Shown: piece after piece, positions 13,644-26,780 of the stretch
Layout of the letters: the number at the start of each line of letters is the position of its first letter
Position numbering within the stretch: position 1 is the first letter of the stretch
Assembly: GCF_009914755.1 (NCBI RefSeq)
Contig: NC_060929.1
Strand: one strand, 5' to 3'
DNA length: 64,000 nt
Source of the DNA: the human T2T-CHM13v2.0 reference genome, Homo sapiens
The notes under the pieces: generated by a model
The model's database searches: none
What the model saw: the letters and a program-made list of their open reading frames with translations, nothing else
Told to the model about the DNA's origin: nothing
Translations under genes and position numbers: made by a program

Positions 13644-14529
13644 AATCCTGGCTTTAGATCAAGGAGTCAAATGCCTGGTACAGCATCTGTGACATCAACA
13701 CATGATGTAGGTCCAAAGTATGCCTGTGTTGAGGTTTTTTGGCAGCTGCTGCAGGCTTTGACAGCTGGGGCAGGGTAGAATCCCTTGTCAAGATCCAGAA
13801 AAGGGGGTGGAAAGAGGGAGTAGCCACCTCCCAGAAGTGCGAGGTGGGACAGCAGAGCTTGCTGGCCATGTGGAAGGAACACGAGGTGGAGTCAGACAGG
13901 TGTGCGTTCAAATTCCATCTCTGTCGCTCACTAGCAGTGTTAACACTGAACCAGTCATTTAACTTCATAGAGGAGTATCTGGCTTCATCTGGAAAACAGG
14001 GACAATAGCATATAATGTGCCTGGTACAGCAGGTACCCGATGGTTCCCTCTCTCCTTTCCTCCTTGTAATGCAAATATTACTCATTTGGGTGGAGACGTA
14101 CATTGAAGGCCTGAGAGAGCAGCTACATCTGAGGTCGTCTGTGAGTTGAAGAGAATGTGGGGAAGTTCTTAGGGCACAATGTCATCACTGGGTCATAGCA
14201 GTCTCTGTGCTGGGCAGAAATGGGGCCTGATGGCCAGGCCTTCACTATAGGTCTTATGAAGCCTTTGAAAGAGTCCCAGGAGCCAGCGGGATGGGAAAGC
14301 TGAGACGGGGCAGCAGGTGATCAGGCAGAGGGCACAGCAGGGCCAGAGCTGTGAAGAGTCCCAGCAGCTGTGGTGCGAGGGGCCCGGGGCCACCACACAG
14401 ATCATCCACATCTGCCAGCAACACTCTGCTCTCAAACTGCTCCCCCACCAGTGGGCCCCAACACCTAACGGCCTCACCACCCGCCCAACTGTAGACCAGA
14501 AATCTCAGGCATCCCTGGTTTTCCCTTAT

Positions 14530-15240
14530 CTTTCATTTCCAAACCATTAGCACGACCTGTCAGCACTGCCCCAGAATAGACTGCAAATACATTCTCTCTC
14601 ATCCTCGCTGACTCACCTGGGTCTCAGCACCTTATCTCTCACCTGGACAATGTCTAGGGCCTCTGACTGCTCTCTCTGCTTGCATTCTGCACATGTCCCT
14701 CTAAACCATTCTCCACTGGCAGCCAGAGCTACCCCTGTAACTCATAAAATGAGCTCAGCACGTCTCCTGCTTGCAAGCACATCTGTAAATTTCCTCTGCA
14801 CTAGGATAAAATCCAGACTCCTTAGGGTGGTCTCGGGGCCTGCACACCTGGCTCCCCTACACCCTGCCCGTCCATCCTTTCCGAAGTCCACTGTGATTTG
14901 CTCCCTGTGCTTCAGCTCCACTGACCTCCTTTCTGTCCTGGGACAAGTCCAGATCTGTCCAGCTTTAAGGCTTTGCTGTTCTACTCTCTGCCCCTGCCTA
15001 GCCTATTTAAAAGTAGACATCACTTACATTTTCTCTGAATAATATCCTGCTTATTCCCTTCTTTGCACTCATCCCCACCTACGATGATTTTGTTTTCTTG
15101 TTTCTTGACTGTCTGCCACAAATGAATTAGAAGCCCCCACAGGAGAGAACTGTTTCTTTTGCTCACTTTCATATCATTATTGCCTAGCACAGTGCCTAAC
15201 AGTAGGCACTCAGTAAAGAGTTCCTTAATGGATGAATTCC
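14530..15240 (-). mobile_element. L2 fragment(s)
   Basis: L2 3' motifs ctaggataaaatccagactcctt and gcctagcacagtgcctaacagtaggcactcagtaaa...aatggatgaat; strand assignment tentative. Confidence 0.6.
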
Positions 15241-17631
15241 ATGCTTCCTGCTGGGGCTAGAAGCCAATCCCGGGCTGTAAGACTTTCTGGGATCCCTGTG
15301 AGAACGGGCACAGTGGCAGATGTGAGGCTGGAAAACAGGGCCAATTAGAGTGGAGGGGATGGTGGGAAGAAACATGGGCAGCAGCGAAGTTGAGAAGCCA
15401 GCTTCCCTCAGCCCTGTGATATCTAGCAGCCAGGGTTCCCTGGAAGAAGGGTCCTTGTGGACCCGTACCTGCCAGTATTGGAAGTGTGGTCCTCTCACCG
15501 AACTGCTCACCATATGCTGACGGGGAAGCTGGATCAGCCAGCAAGGACCAACTGCAAAAAGAAACATTTGGGAAAAAGATGTGTGCTTCCTACAAGCTGT
15601 GAGATGCTCCTGCTGTTTCCAGTCCCCTCTAGCTACAGAAGTGGAGCCCACAGTGAGGGTGTCTGAATGCTTGAGATTTTATCCCAGGGAGAAACATCCT
15701 GGCTGCTCTGGTTCCTCATCTCCTCTCCCTAGTGGTCTCTGAACAGAACAGTTCAGTACGTTATGATAATGCTCAGAACATGGAGGGAACTGAAAACGTT
15801 AAAAAAGCTTTGCAATGAGCCTGAGATTTCTTTTTGTTCCAAACTTTTGTCCTAATGGTTTCACAAGATATACTGACTTATAAAACCATGTTTGGAAACT
15901 AGGCAAAACCAATACTATCTGCTTTGATAGACACAGATTACCCCTTACAAACAAACATCTTCCCAGCTTTACTTATGCCACATGTTATCATGTGTGCAAA
16001 TAACAAATCAAGCCTCTTCTGAGTAGGGGTTACAGCTGCAGAGAATGCTTATGTAACATTTGGGGCCTGCCAGGTAACAGGGAAATGTGTAAGACAAAGC
16101 AATGTTCTGACTGCGCAGCGTTTTAAAGACTAACTTTTAACATGCAAGAGAGATTTAGTTTAGTCATGAGGAAAAGTGATTTCATTGCAAGCCTTGATTC
16201 TGGGTCTTTGGAGAGCATGGAACAGCCATTGCCAGAGCACCAGCCTGTTCAGTGAGACCTTTGTTTCAATTTCACAAACAAGGTTACTAATTAAGGCCTT
16301 AATAGTGAAATTCAATGCCTCTTTGTGTTCTGGCGAGACAAAAACAGAGTCAAGGAAGCAGGAATTCTTTGCTTCACCAAAACCTGGAGTCTGTGTCAAT
16401 TCTCTTCAAGGAATCAAAGCAAGGATACTGAGGAATTTCAGTTCCAAGATTGCTTTGCTAGCCACAATCAAAGCTTCCCCAGGATTATCTGCATGAGTCA
16501 TCCTTTGTTGCTCAGACACAAGGGCAGTATTGGAACTTGGAATAAAATAATAATTATAAATTAATTAAATTAGTTCCTTCCAGGAACTAAAATATGGATA
16601 TGACACTTCAAACATTAATATTCTGAGCCAGATACCCACTCACACATCACCCTTACAGGGAGGAAGACCTCCAGTGGTCACAGGACTATACATGGAGACC
16701 ATTCACTCCCCTTCCTCTTGGCTCTGCTTCCTAAGATTTATCATCTCAGACACTGACTTGGGCACATATCAGTGCATAGGCAATTTAAGGAATGAAAAAT
16801 AGGGACCAAGACATTTGGGTCATCCCTGGTCAATCCCAGAAAGGAACATACTTCCTGTTAGCTTAGGAAGACCATGTCTGGCTTATGTTTAGGCCCATAC
16901 TGCCTGGAAAGAATCTGGGCAAAGCTTCTTTCACTTTAGTGAGTTCTACAGTAAACCTCTAGAGTGACAGCATTGCCTCTCTCTAGTTAGAAAGTGGGTT
17001 TGAGGGTGTGATGGCAAATAAGATGGCCCAAAGGATGTATGCTAGCGTTGCCTGCTGCAAGCAAGGACCAGGAAGCACTGGTGCGGCTCACTGAAGAGCC
17101 GTTATCTATTCTTGGAGGGATACTGACATGATGACCTGAAATCTAGCAGGGGAGCAAAGAAGTTTCCATGATGAGAATGAATGTTGGTCTTTACAAGTCC
17201 CCAGGACAACTTCAAGAAATGACCAATTTATATCTTGTCTGCTCTTAGTAACTTACTGGCTTTAGAATTGAAAGAATTGTTTGCAGATATTAGCACGGAA
17301 GAAGAACTAATAATCTGATTTCCTGGGCTATCCTGTAACCTATATCCTGTAACCCCTACTCAGAAGAGGCTTGATTTGTTATTTGCACACATAAACATTC
17401 TCAAATGTTTTCAAGGTCTTTGATGCTTTTAGTTGGGACATTCAGGTTTAGTAGAGACTTCGAAATGACGGTTCTATTAGGAGTTGATGTTTATTCTTCA
17501 CTGGATGGCCCAGGTTTTCAGCTACAGCCTTACACATCAGCAAGTTCTTTGAAGCAATCAATTCAGCTAAGTTTGGAGCATCTTGCAGCTGAGTCTTGGG
17601 AGCCTTCCAAATATGAGGGAAATCCATGCTC

Positions 17632-17959
17632 TTTTTTTTTTTTTTTTGAGACAGTTTTGTTCTGTCACCCAGGTTGGATTGCAGTGGTATAATCTTGGCT
17701 CACTACAACCTCCACCTCCTGGGTTTAAGTGATTCTCATGCCTTAGCCTCCTGAGTAGCTGAGACTACACTACAGGTGCATGCCACCACACCCAGCTAAT
17801 TAATTTTTTGTAATTTTAGTAGAGACAGGGTTTTGCTGTCTCTACTAAAAGACAGCTAACAATGTTGGCCAGGCTGGTCTCAAACTCCTGGCCTCAAGTG
17901 ATCCGCCCACCTTTGCCTCCCAGTGCTGGGATTACAGGCATGAGCCACCATCCCGGGCC
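17632..17959 (-). mobile_element. AluS with internal inverted duplication
   Basis: Antisense Alu with an extra 15-bp inverted copy at 17836-17850. Confidence 0.92.
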
Positions 17960-18229
17960 CATACACTCTTTATTTGGGCATTATGGAGATCAAATAGAGT
18001 ACTGAGAACTACGTACTCTTTTGTTCTCTACTCAAAGAGCCACATTACACAGCTCCCTGCTAGGTGATACTGTGGGGCTAATTGGCCCTTCTAAATCTCT
18101 AGGCAGTAGCAGACCCAACAGGGTTTCTGTCTGTGCATGTTTATCCTCTTTTTCATCGTTTGTTGGTAGTTCAGTACTTGTATTACAAATAAATATATAA
18201 ATACTTATTTAGATTTATACATGTTTTCT

Positions 18230-19100
18230 CCATTTCAGGCTCTCTCCTTATGCTGTCATTTCCTTTCTTTCTGAAGCATATAGCTTAGTAATTCCTTTGT
18301 TATTGATCTGTTTTTTATCAATGTTTTTCACTCTCATTTTTGAAAAAATGGTTAGACTAGTTCCCCAGTTCTAGGGTGACAGTTATTGCTTCTAAAAATA
18401 TTATCTACCTGGGCTCATTATCAAAAAATCAGCTCGTTTGTCATTTCTTTGTAGGTAAACTGTCTTTTCTTTCTGACTGCTCTTCACGTCTTTGTCACTG
18501 TTATTCTGCAGTTTTATTATTTGTCTAGGTGTCAATTTCTTTGTTTGCTTAGATTATGTTACACCTCTTGAATCATGGATTCTTTTATCAGTTTTAAAAA
18601 TGTCTCAGCCATTCCTCTTCAAATCTGACTTCTCTGTTTATTCTCTCTTTCTGGGACTTCAATTTGATGTGTATTTGAGCTTGACATTCTATCCATCATA
18701 TCTCTTAATTTACATCTATTTTCCATTTTCTCATTTCTCTGTGCTACATTCTGAGTAATTTCTTAAGCTATATCTTCCAGTTCATTTATTCTATGTTCAG
18801 CTGTGTCATAATGAGTGGTTCAATTTGGTTCTTACAAATCAACTTGGTCATTCTTAATAGTCTCTTGTTGCTTGCTCATAACTATGATTCCACACTTAGT
18901 TCTTTAAACATTCAATATAGGGCTTATTTATATTATTGTCTGACAGTTCCAGCATCTTCAGTCGTTAGCAGTCTACATCTGCTATTTCTTCTGTTGACTC
19001 TCATTCATTGTACCTCCTTGTGTGTTTGGTGATCTTTGGGAGTTCATTGTTTCATCTTAATCTGTAGGAATCCAGGGCCTAAACTGAATATAATTTCCTC
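18230..19100 (-). mobile_element. Old L1M ORF1-region fragment, antisense
   Basis: T-rich, with L1M-like motifs (tctttgtaggtaaactgtcttttctttctgactgc; tctctctttctgggacttcaatt). Confidence 0.55.
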
Positions 19101-19514
19101 AGAGAGCTTTTAGACCTGCTTCAGGCAGGAGCCAGAAGTTGGGGTCTGCTGACTTTGTGCCACTTCAGCCTCTTTCAAAGGTCCTACTTCAATGGGGGAA
19201 TCCCAGTCTCAGCCCCTATTCCCAATGCTGGCATCCCAACTTCAGTAGAGTGGGAGGGCGGTCCTCAGAAATTTCTCCTACCTTTCAGAAGTCCAGAAAT
19301 CCATCCTGTTCAGGGTCTAGTTGTGATGCAGTGGCAAAGTTCAATAGAGCATATGGTCTGTCAAATAGCTGGAAGAAGACATCCCTGCTGCTGTTTATTT
19401 TTTATCATAGCATATTAACAGAGAAAAGGCATGGAATTCAGAAAGTTTAGACATTATGTCTAAAACTACCCAGATTTTCCCAAGCAATATGAAGAAAAAA
19501 GCAAAGCAAGAAAT

Positions 19515-19520
<6 letters not shown>

Positions 19521-19584
<64 letters not shown>

Positions 19585-19603
19585 GAGAGAGAGAGACAGA
19601 GAC
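19521..19603 (+). repeat. (CA)29 followed by a (GA)n compound microsatellite
   Basis: Seen directly, ~110 nt upstream of the first coding exon acceptor. Confidence 0.97.
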
Positions 19604-19731
19604 ACCGGAAAGAGAGGCTATGGCTCCTGCAGTTCTCTTGCCCATTGACCCCTATGTTGTGGCTCAGGGTCATCCTATGAAGCTATCTAATCCAGCTTCT
19701 TTGCTTTCCAGACACTCATCCAAGAGGAAGG

Positions 19732-19883
19732 ATGGCCAGTATCTTTTCTAAGTTGCTAACTGGCCGCAATGCTTCTCTGCTGTTTGCTACCATGGGCACC
19801 AGTGTCCTGACCACCGGGTACCTGCTGAACCGGCAGAAAGTGTGTGCCGAGGTCCGGGAGCAGCCTAGGCTATTTCCTCCAAG
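19732..19883 (+). CDS. CKMT2: CKMT2 coding exon 1 (exon starts 19712): mitochondrial transit peptide [50 protein letters not shown]
   Basis: Acceptor ttgctttccAG| at 19711; ATG at 19732 in context AGGATGG; donor AAG|GTAAGG; 152 nt, phase 2; basic/hydroxylated N-terminus typical of a mitochondrial presequence. Confidence 0.96.
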
Positions 19884-19913
19884 GTAAGGGCTCCTGACTT
19901 TAAAATAACCTCA

Positions 19914-20301
<388 letters not shown>

Positions 20302-21293
20302 CTAAGTAAAACCGAAAATCATTTTGAGACTCATTAAGCCAGTGACCTGTCGTGTATACAAAGAAGTGTAGCATCGTCATTCTTGCTTAGAGCTTGCAGT
20401 CCAGTTGCATAGTAATAATGGGGATAGTTAACATTTGTGGAGCACTTTTATGTGTGACCAGCACTTTACATGGAATATCTGTTTTTCATCTTAGGATCCT
20501 TCTGTGATGAAATGAAAGCCTAGAAAAATTAAACAGTGCCCAAGTTCACATAGCTAGTACAGCGAAATGCAAATCCAGGCCCCCTGATTCCAGACCCATG
20601 CCTCTCTCACTGCTCTACCACCTTCTGGAAAAAGGGATATCATAGTACTGACTTTAAGTATCGGCTCTAAAGGACACTGCAGATGGAAAGTGGAGGAGTG
20701 GCACGAGAGGGATGAAAATAGATGTGTTTTCTCAGCCCTTGGAACCCTGCCATGGATGAGATACCATGCGCTGAGCAGAGTTTGAGTGGCATGCAGAATT
20801 CCACATAGGCAGGTATGGATGAGAGAGACAAGGAAAACCACTGAGGTGTCTCTGAGACATTTAGTGTCTCTTATGAAAATCAGGATCTCTGAGGGAATCG
20901 CCAGCAACCCCCATGTACCTTGGGAATTCCTGAGGTGACATGACTTGTGTTTGAGGCTGTGGTGGTCCTAAATCTCCTATTCCTCAATCAGTACACACTC
21001 CAGGGTAAGACAGCACCCAATTTGATTTCTATTATTCCAACAGATATTTACTGAACACTGGTTTCAACAGCCAGGGACTGTTTTCAAAAAGGCAAAGTCC
21101 CCGCTCTCGTGGAGCTTGCTTATTTTTTGAAACCTGGTGTATTCATTTATGACTCCTAGGCAGTTCTAGCCAAGTATCCCTGTGCCCACTGGCTGAAGGG
21201 AGCCTAGTGGAAGGATGGGCAAACAACAAGTCCTTCCATTGGCCCCTTTCCTCGGGGGCTGCTGGCTGACAGCCTGCCCTCCTCCCCACACAG

Positions 21294-21492
21294 CGCAGAC
21301 TACCCAGACCTGCGCAAGCACAACAACTGCATGGCCGAGTGCCTCACCCCCGCCATTTATGCCAAGCTTCGCAACAAGGTGACACCCAACGGCTACACGC
21401 TGGACCAGTGCATCCAGACTGGAGTGGACAACCCTGGCCACCCCTTCATAAAGACTGTGGGCATGGTGGCTGGTGACGAGGAGTCCTATGAG
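21294..21492 (+). CDS. CKMT2: CKMT2 coding exon 2 ([20 protein letters not shown]...VAGDEESYE)
   Basis: AG|C acceptor, GAG|GTAAAA donor, 199 nt; creatine kinase N-terminal domain including [14 protein letters not shown]. Confidence 0.98.
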
Positions 21493-22994
21493 GTAAAACT
21501 ATTGGCTGCTGGTTCCAGGGTGGGAGGGATGCTCTGGATATGACTGACTTGCACAGTCCTGGGGTCCTTTTCTTCTCTATGGGGCCAACTTTCTGCCTTC
21601 TCAGGAAGGGCTCTCATAAAGGGAAGCCAGCTCCAGCAGAACCATCTGGAATGCTTTCTGAAACAATGAGGTCTATAGCTTCCCAGGGACAAGGCTTCCC
21701 TTGCTGCTGTGCTAAGATCCCTCCCTGTGGAGGAATGAATTGCATGACAGAACTCTGAGCTTGTCAAGTGGATGAGTTGGTACAGAAACAATAAAATTGA
21801 ATGGTGTGTATTCACCAGTAAGACATTAGGAGCTGATGTGTTTGTGGCTGAGCTTTATTGGGTGGGGGTCGGGAGGAGGGTTCAGTGTATCTTTGGGAAT
21901 ATGAGGAATTCTCCTCTTATTCTATTATTATTACTGATTTCTCTCCTATTACTGATTAGACGATCACTGTAGCCCAGACTACTGAATTCACTAAGTCTCT
22001 TGGATAAATCCCATGACCTCGGCATCCTCATCCTCAATGCAGAAGCACAGGGTGGTCGGCTGGAACAGTGCTCAGCCACTATGCGTCCCCTCCACAGAGC
22101 AGCCTCTCCGCTGAGGCAAATGCCTGCAGCCCTCCTCCTTCAGGTCCACCCTTTTGGGTTCTTCTGTTGCAGGGAGCTGAAGGCAGTTCCCTAGAAAGGC
22201 AGCCATAGAGAAGAGAGGGAGCCATCTTGAATAAACACGACTGGTGGCTCATTTACGTACTGCAGTGCACAACCCTGGGTCTAGTTTGGGTCCCAAGCTA
22301 GCAGTAGCTCTCTAGACTCAAAGTCCTCCCCACTTCCCACAGCTCCCAAAGTCTGCAGGGTGCTTTGTTACAACTTCTTTTAACAATTTTTTTTTAACAT
22401 AAAGGATATGCCTGAAGTTTTGTTTTTAGAATAGATTTTGCACGAGATCATTTGGGCTGGGGAAGGTCCGCATCGGGTGAGAGGTGCCTGCTTTGCCCAA
22501 ACTGCTGCTATGTACTTTTCTTCTGGCGTAGCCAGGTTTTCAACAAATTTCATATGTAGCTTAATATTTAGAATCTGACTTTCCCTTGAGCATAAAACTG
22601 TGTAGCCTCTGATCAGGTAGCTTCTTGTAACCCACAAGAGCAAACACGTCTAGGAAACTCCTTAAATTCCTAACCGTAAGTATTTTCTTGCTCAATCTGA
22701 TGGCAGTGATTTTGGCAGAATCACTCAGCAGGAGGTTAAGATGACAGAACTCACCAGCCCCACCCTATCTCAAGGGGCAAGATGCCTTCAAAAGGCTTTC
22801 TCTCTTGTTGTTGTTGTTGTTGTTGTTATTAACCAATCCATTCTCACATCCATTTCCTATATGATAGTCCTGAAAATTTCAGAGAAGGAGGGCATCAACT
22901 TTGGCTTTTAAGATACAAGGGGCAAGTGAATGGAAAGGTCTTTAAATAGTAGGTGAACCAGTTAAAGAGGAAACACCCATCTTCCCTCCTGCAG

Positions 22995-23090
22995 GTGTTT
23001 GCTGACCTTTTTGACCCCGTCATCAAACTAAGACACAACGGCTATGACCCCAGGGTGATGAAGCACACAACGGATCTGGATGCATCAAAG
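22995..23090 (+). CDS. CKMT2: CKMT2 coding exon 3 ([32 protein letters not shown])
   Basis: ctcctgcAG| acceptor, AAG|GTAGGC donor, 96 nt, in frame. Confidence 0.98.
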
Positions 23091-23591
23091 GTAGGCTCCA
23101 GCCTCCCTCTCCTTCCCCACGAAGCTGGCACTCCTGAGCCCAAGGGGAAGGCCCCTGGAGAGAGGGGTTCCCCGCTGTAAGTCAGATACCCCTGGAAAGC
23201 ACTGTGACTGCCCTGGCACAGCCTTCCCTCTGGAGGGCCACAGAGAAGGTTAGGAGGGTCCGAAAGTCTGTTTTCTTTAATAAATACAACTAGGGAAGGG
23301 TTGGTTATTGGGAACTTTAAACCTTTCCTAAAGCTACTCCCTTTTTCATCCCAAACCACCCAGTGACGGTCAAGGACCCCAGACCACGCTATATAAAACA
23401 GCTTTCCCCTTTACTAGTCGAAGGTCCGTGCCCCAAGACTTCCGGAATGTGTCCAATTTACGGATTGTGCAGTCGTGCACAGTGCCTGAGGGTCCCCAGG
23501 GAAACTGCAGATTGGCGATTAGAACCCACTGTGGCTGTGGCAGGACCATGGTCCGAGGCTGGCCACAGTGACCCCACAGTCTGCTTGGCAG

Positions 23592-23813
23592 ATCACCCAA
23601 GGGCAGTTCGACGAGCATTACGTGCTGTCTTCTCGGGTGCGCACTGGCCGCAGCATCCGTGGGCTGAGCCTGCCTCCAGCCTGCACCCGGGCCGAGCGAA
23701 GGGAGGTAGAGAACGTGGCCATCACTGCCCTGGAGGGCCTCAAGGGGGACCTGGCTGGCCGCTACTACAAGCTGTCCGAGATGACGGAGCAGGACCAGCA
23801 GCGGCTCATCGAT
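23592..23813 (+). CDS. CKMT2: CKMT2 coding exon 4 ([24 protein letters not shown]...QQRLID)
   Basis: ttggcAG| acceptor, GAT|GTGAGT donor, 222 nt; phosphagen kinase SSRVRTGR nucleotide-binding motif. Confidence 0.98.
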
Positions 23814-24809
23814 GTGAGTAGCAGATGGGGCTCCCTGGGGAAGGACTGGACCAAGGGCTCTGACCCGCACAGGAAGGCCTCTCCTGGTGCTCTGCTCAGT
23901 CCTTACCCTAGCTGGGAGCTTGCTGGGCTCCACCCCTGAGCTCAGCCCAAGAGCATCTACTTATTCAGTGTAAGGAAGAAAGACGAGGCCACACATTGTA
24001 CTTGTCAAGCCACTGAAACATTCTATGCATAAAATCTGCATAGGAAACTCCAATATGGAGATGGTGCCTGCGGTTAGGAGGGTGGAGATGAATGGAGGAT
24101 CTCCTAGCTTGTTGATAAATGGGAACAGTTAGGTGTGGAAATCCTGTCTGTGTCCAGAAGATGGTTTCCATTATCACAGCCAAAGAAAATCCTGGAAGCT
24201 ACAAAAATCTAGAAAGGAAATTCCAGGTGGGAGGCCTGCCCTGACTCTTGTGGAGCAAGCCTCTGCATTTCCTGGTGGGGTTGATTCCTGCTGCTTCCAC
24301 CATGTCTACCACGGCTTCCCTCCGGCACCAGGGTGCACAAAACTCAAGTCCCTTACTTATTTTCGTCTTAGCACAGCTAAAACAAGATGGCATTTTCAAA
24401 AGTAACAACTTTAAACTCTTAAAAAAAAAAAAAAGCAGAAACAAAATTTTGTCATTTCAAAAGATGCAAATGCTAAGAAATATGCCTCATTTCCAAACCA
24501 GACAGGCCAACTATATGGCCTGCCCAGTTACAGAACAAGCCCTCCTCCACCTCAAGTCACCACCCTGGTTTCCTGCTTAAGGGACATGCTGCTCCTGGGC
24601 AGTGGCAGGTCACAATCCTCTCCTGGCTGAAGTCTCTGATCTCTCCCACTTAGAGACTGCAGGACTCCTCTCCCCACATCCACTTGGTCTCTTACGTGTG
24701 TAATCATATTTGAATATATCTCTCTGTAGAGTATGTGTGTAACTATGCAAGAAAGAGTAGTATACACATTGCAAAAAAAAAAGTCTTGACTTTAATTTTG
24801 ATATGTGGA

Positions 24810-25030
24810 GTAGTATATTGCAGTGGTTAAAGGCATAGGCTTGGGAGTCACAGAAGTCTACATTTGAATCTATACTCTGCTACTTCCTACAACCATCCTA
24901 TTGGACAGGTTGTTTGATCTCTCTGAATCTGTTTTCTTCATTTATAAAATAATTACACTTATTTCATAGAGTTGTGAAGATTAAAGGAAATAAAAGCCTG
25001 TAATCTAGAGCCTGGCACAGTCAGCATTAA
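24810..25030 (+). mobile_element. MIR
   Basis: gcagtggttaaaggcataggcttgggagtcacag...ctgttttcttcatttataaaat...gttgtgaagattaaa. Confidence 0.7.
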
Positions 25031-25245
25031 TGGTAACTATATTTATTGATCATTACTGTACATCTCTAATACTTTTTAATGAAATAATGAAGCAATAATG
25101 CTAGAAACAGAGAATGAGCACTGTGTAGAACAGCCTTTTCAGGATAGTATCCCTCATTCATTGCTCGCTCAGCCATTGTATAGGGTTGGTGTTGGTAGTG
25201 TATACCCGCTCCACAGTGATTTCATGAGTTCCAAATGGACTAACC

Positions 25246-25402
25246 CAGTGTTTTTCACCATTAGCTGCAAACTAGAATCACCTGAAGAGTTTTTAAAACG
25301 TCCTGATGCCCAGATCAGTCTATAACAACTAGGTCAGAATCTCTGGGCATTGTTTGAAGCTCCCAGGTTATTCTAGTGGGCAGCCAAAGCTAAGAACCAC
25401 TG
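25246..25402. mobile_element. MER5A-like hAT MITE
   Basis: cagtgtttttca...agaatcacctg...aagaaccactg terminal inverted repeats. Confidence 0.75.
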
Positions 25403-25513
25403 CCTAAGAGACAGCAGCCATGATAAGTGGGTTGGAACTTGTTCACCTGGCACTTGCAGTCCTGTTTGATCTCATCAGTCTCTCCTCTCTGCTTTATCCC
25501 TTTTGGCCTACAG

Positions 25514-25599
25514 GACCACTTTCTGTTTGATAAGCCAGTGTCCCCTTTATTAACATGTGCTGGGATGGCCCGTGACTGGCCAGATGCCAGGGGAATCTG
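25514..25599 (+). CDS. CKMT2: CKMT2 coding exon 5 ([29 protein letters not shown])
   Basis: ctacAG| acceptor, TG|GTATGG donor, 86 nt; conserved DWPDARGIW motif. Confidence 0.98.
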
Positions 25600-25740
25600 G
25601 TATGGATGCAGCATTTTCACATTTGCAATATCTGTAGAGGATGTTTTTGAGATCACCTGCTTATCCTAACCTGGAGTTGCTGTGTACTGCAGTTGACAGC
25701 ATGCCCAGACTGAGCTAAATGGAAAAAGACTACTTGGAAA

Positions 25741-25764
25741 GTGTGTGTGTGTGTGTGTGTGTGT
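25741..25764 (+). repeat. (GT)12 microsatellite
   Basis: Seen directly. Confidence 0.95.
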
Positions 25765-26313
25765 CTAAGCATTGTGGTGTTTCTAAGATGTGTAGAAATA
25801 TGACCTGGTTTGCATGAATTATGTGCCTGAAGGAGCAGAAATAAAAAATGTTCATGTGCAGCTGCTCTGTAGGGATGGACAGGCAGGATCCATGGAGCAA
25901 ATGTGTGAAATGTTGTGTACCTTCAACATCTTGGGTGGAAGGTAACCCCCACCCGCTTTTTAGAGCACAAGATTTTGGTTGAATCTTTTAGGAGACAAAA
26001 CATTCTTGTTAATGTCGAAGCCAAATGTTATATAGTTGAATTACTGTCATCCTAGTCAGAGGACCTAGGGGGAATTAATTATATTCTTGTTTGGTAAAAA
26101 CATGACATCTTTTAGGGTGAGAGTTGGTCTTAATCTTCCTTCTGTCAAAGTAACATTATTTTGTCATACTTGTTCAGGCACAGTTAAGAGATTAGGGCCA
26201 TCTAGGAAATGAGGAAGGTGAAATGAAGCAATCAAGCTAGGGAGGTAATGGGAATTTTCATGTGTTGAAACAAATGCAATTAACACTCAGTACCATATTT
26301 CTCTCTTCATTAG

Positions 26314-26437
26314 GCATAATTATGATAAGACATTTCTCATCTGGATAAATGAGGAGGATCACACCAGGGTAATCTCAATGGAAAAAGGAGGCAATATGAA
26401 ACGAGTATTTGAGCGATTCTGTCGTGGACTAAAAGAA
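26314..26437 (+). CDS. CKMT2: CKMT2 coding exon 6 ([41 protein letters not shown])
   Basis: ctcttcattAG| acceptor, GAA|GTAAGA donor, 124 nt; catalytic NEED acidic cluster. Confidence 0.98.
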
Positions 26438-26557
26438 GTAAGATGTTATCTGAGATTTCTGGATATTTATTAAAATAAAATTACCGTATTGTTTGTTCTT
26501 GAAAGAAGACACTATGGTAACTTCCAAGATGGAGCTAATTTTTTTCTAGAAATCAAA

Positions 26558-26780
26558 GCAACTGCCGCCTCCCAGGTTCAAGTGATTATCCCGCCTCAGC
26601 CTCTAGAGTAGCTGGGATTACAGGTGCCACCACCACACCTGGCTAATTTTTGTATTTTTAGTAGAGAGGGGTGTTTCACCATGTTGGCCAGACTAGCCTC
26701 GAACTCCTGACCACAGGTGATCTGCTGGCCTCAGCCTCTCAAAGTGCTGGGATTACAGGCATGAGCCACCACGCCCAGCC
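26558..26780 (-). mobile_element. AluS lacking its 3' end
   Basis: Antisense Alu body without a poly-T tail. Confidence 0.88.

Noticed and set aside
17329-17355. Short tandem duplication of tatcctgtaacc
   Set aside because: A common slippage-scale event with no functional indication.
23363-23939. 152-aa and 187-aa alternative-frame or antisense ORFs
   Set aside because: Shadows of the GC-rich CKMT2 exon; only the 23592-23813 frame has creatine kinase homology and matching splice phases.
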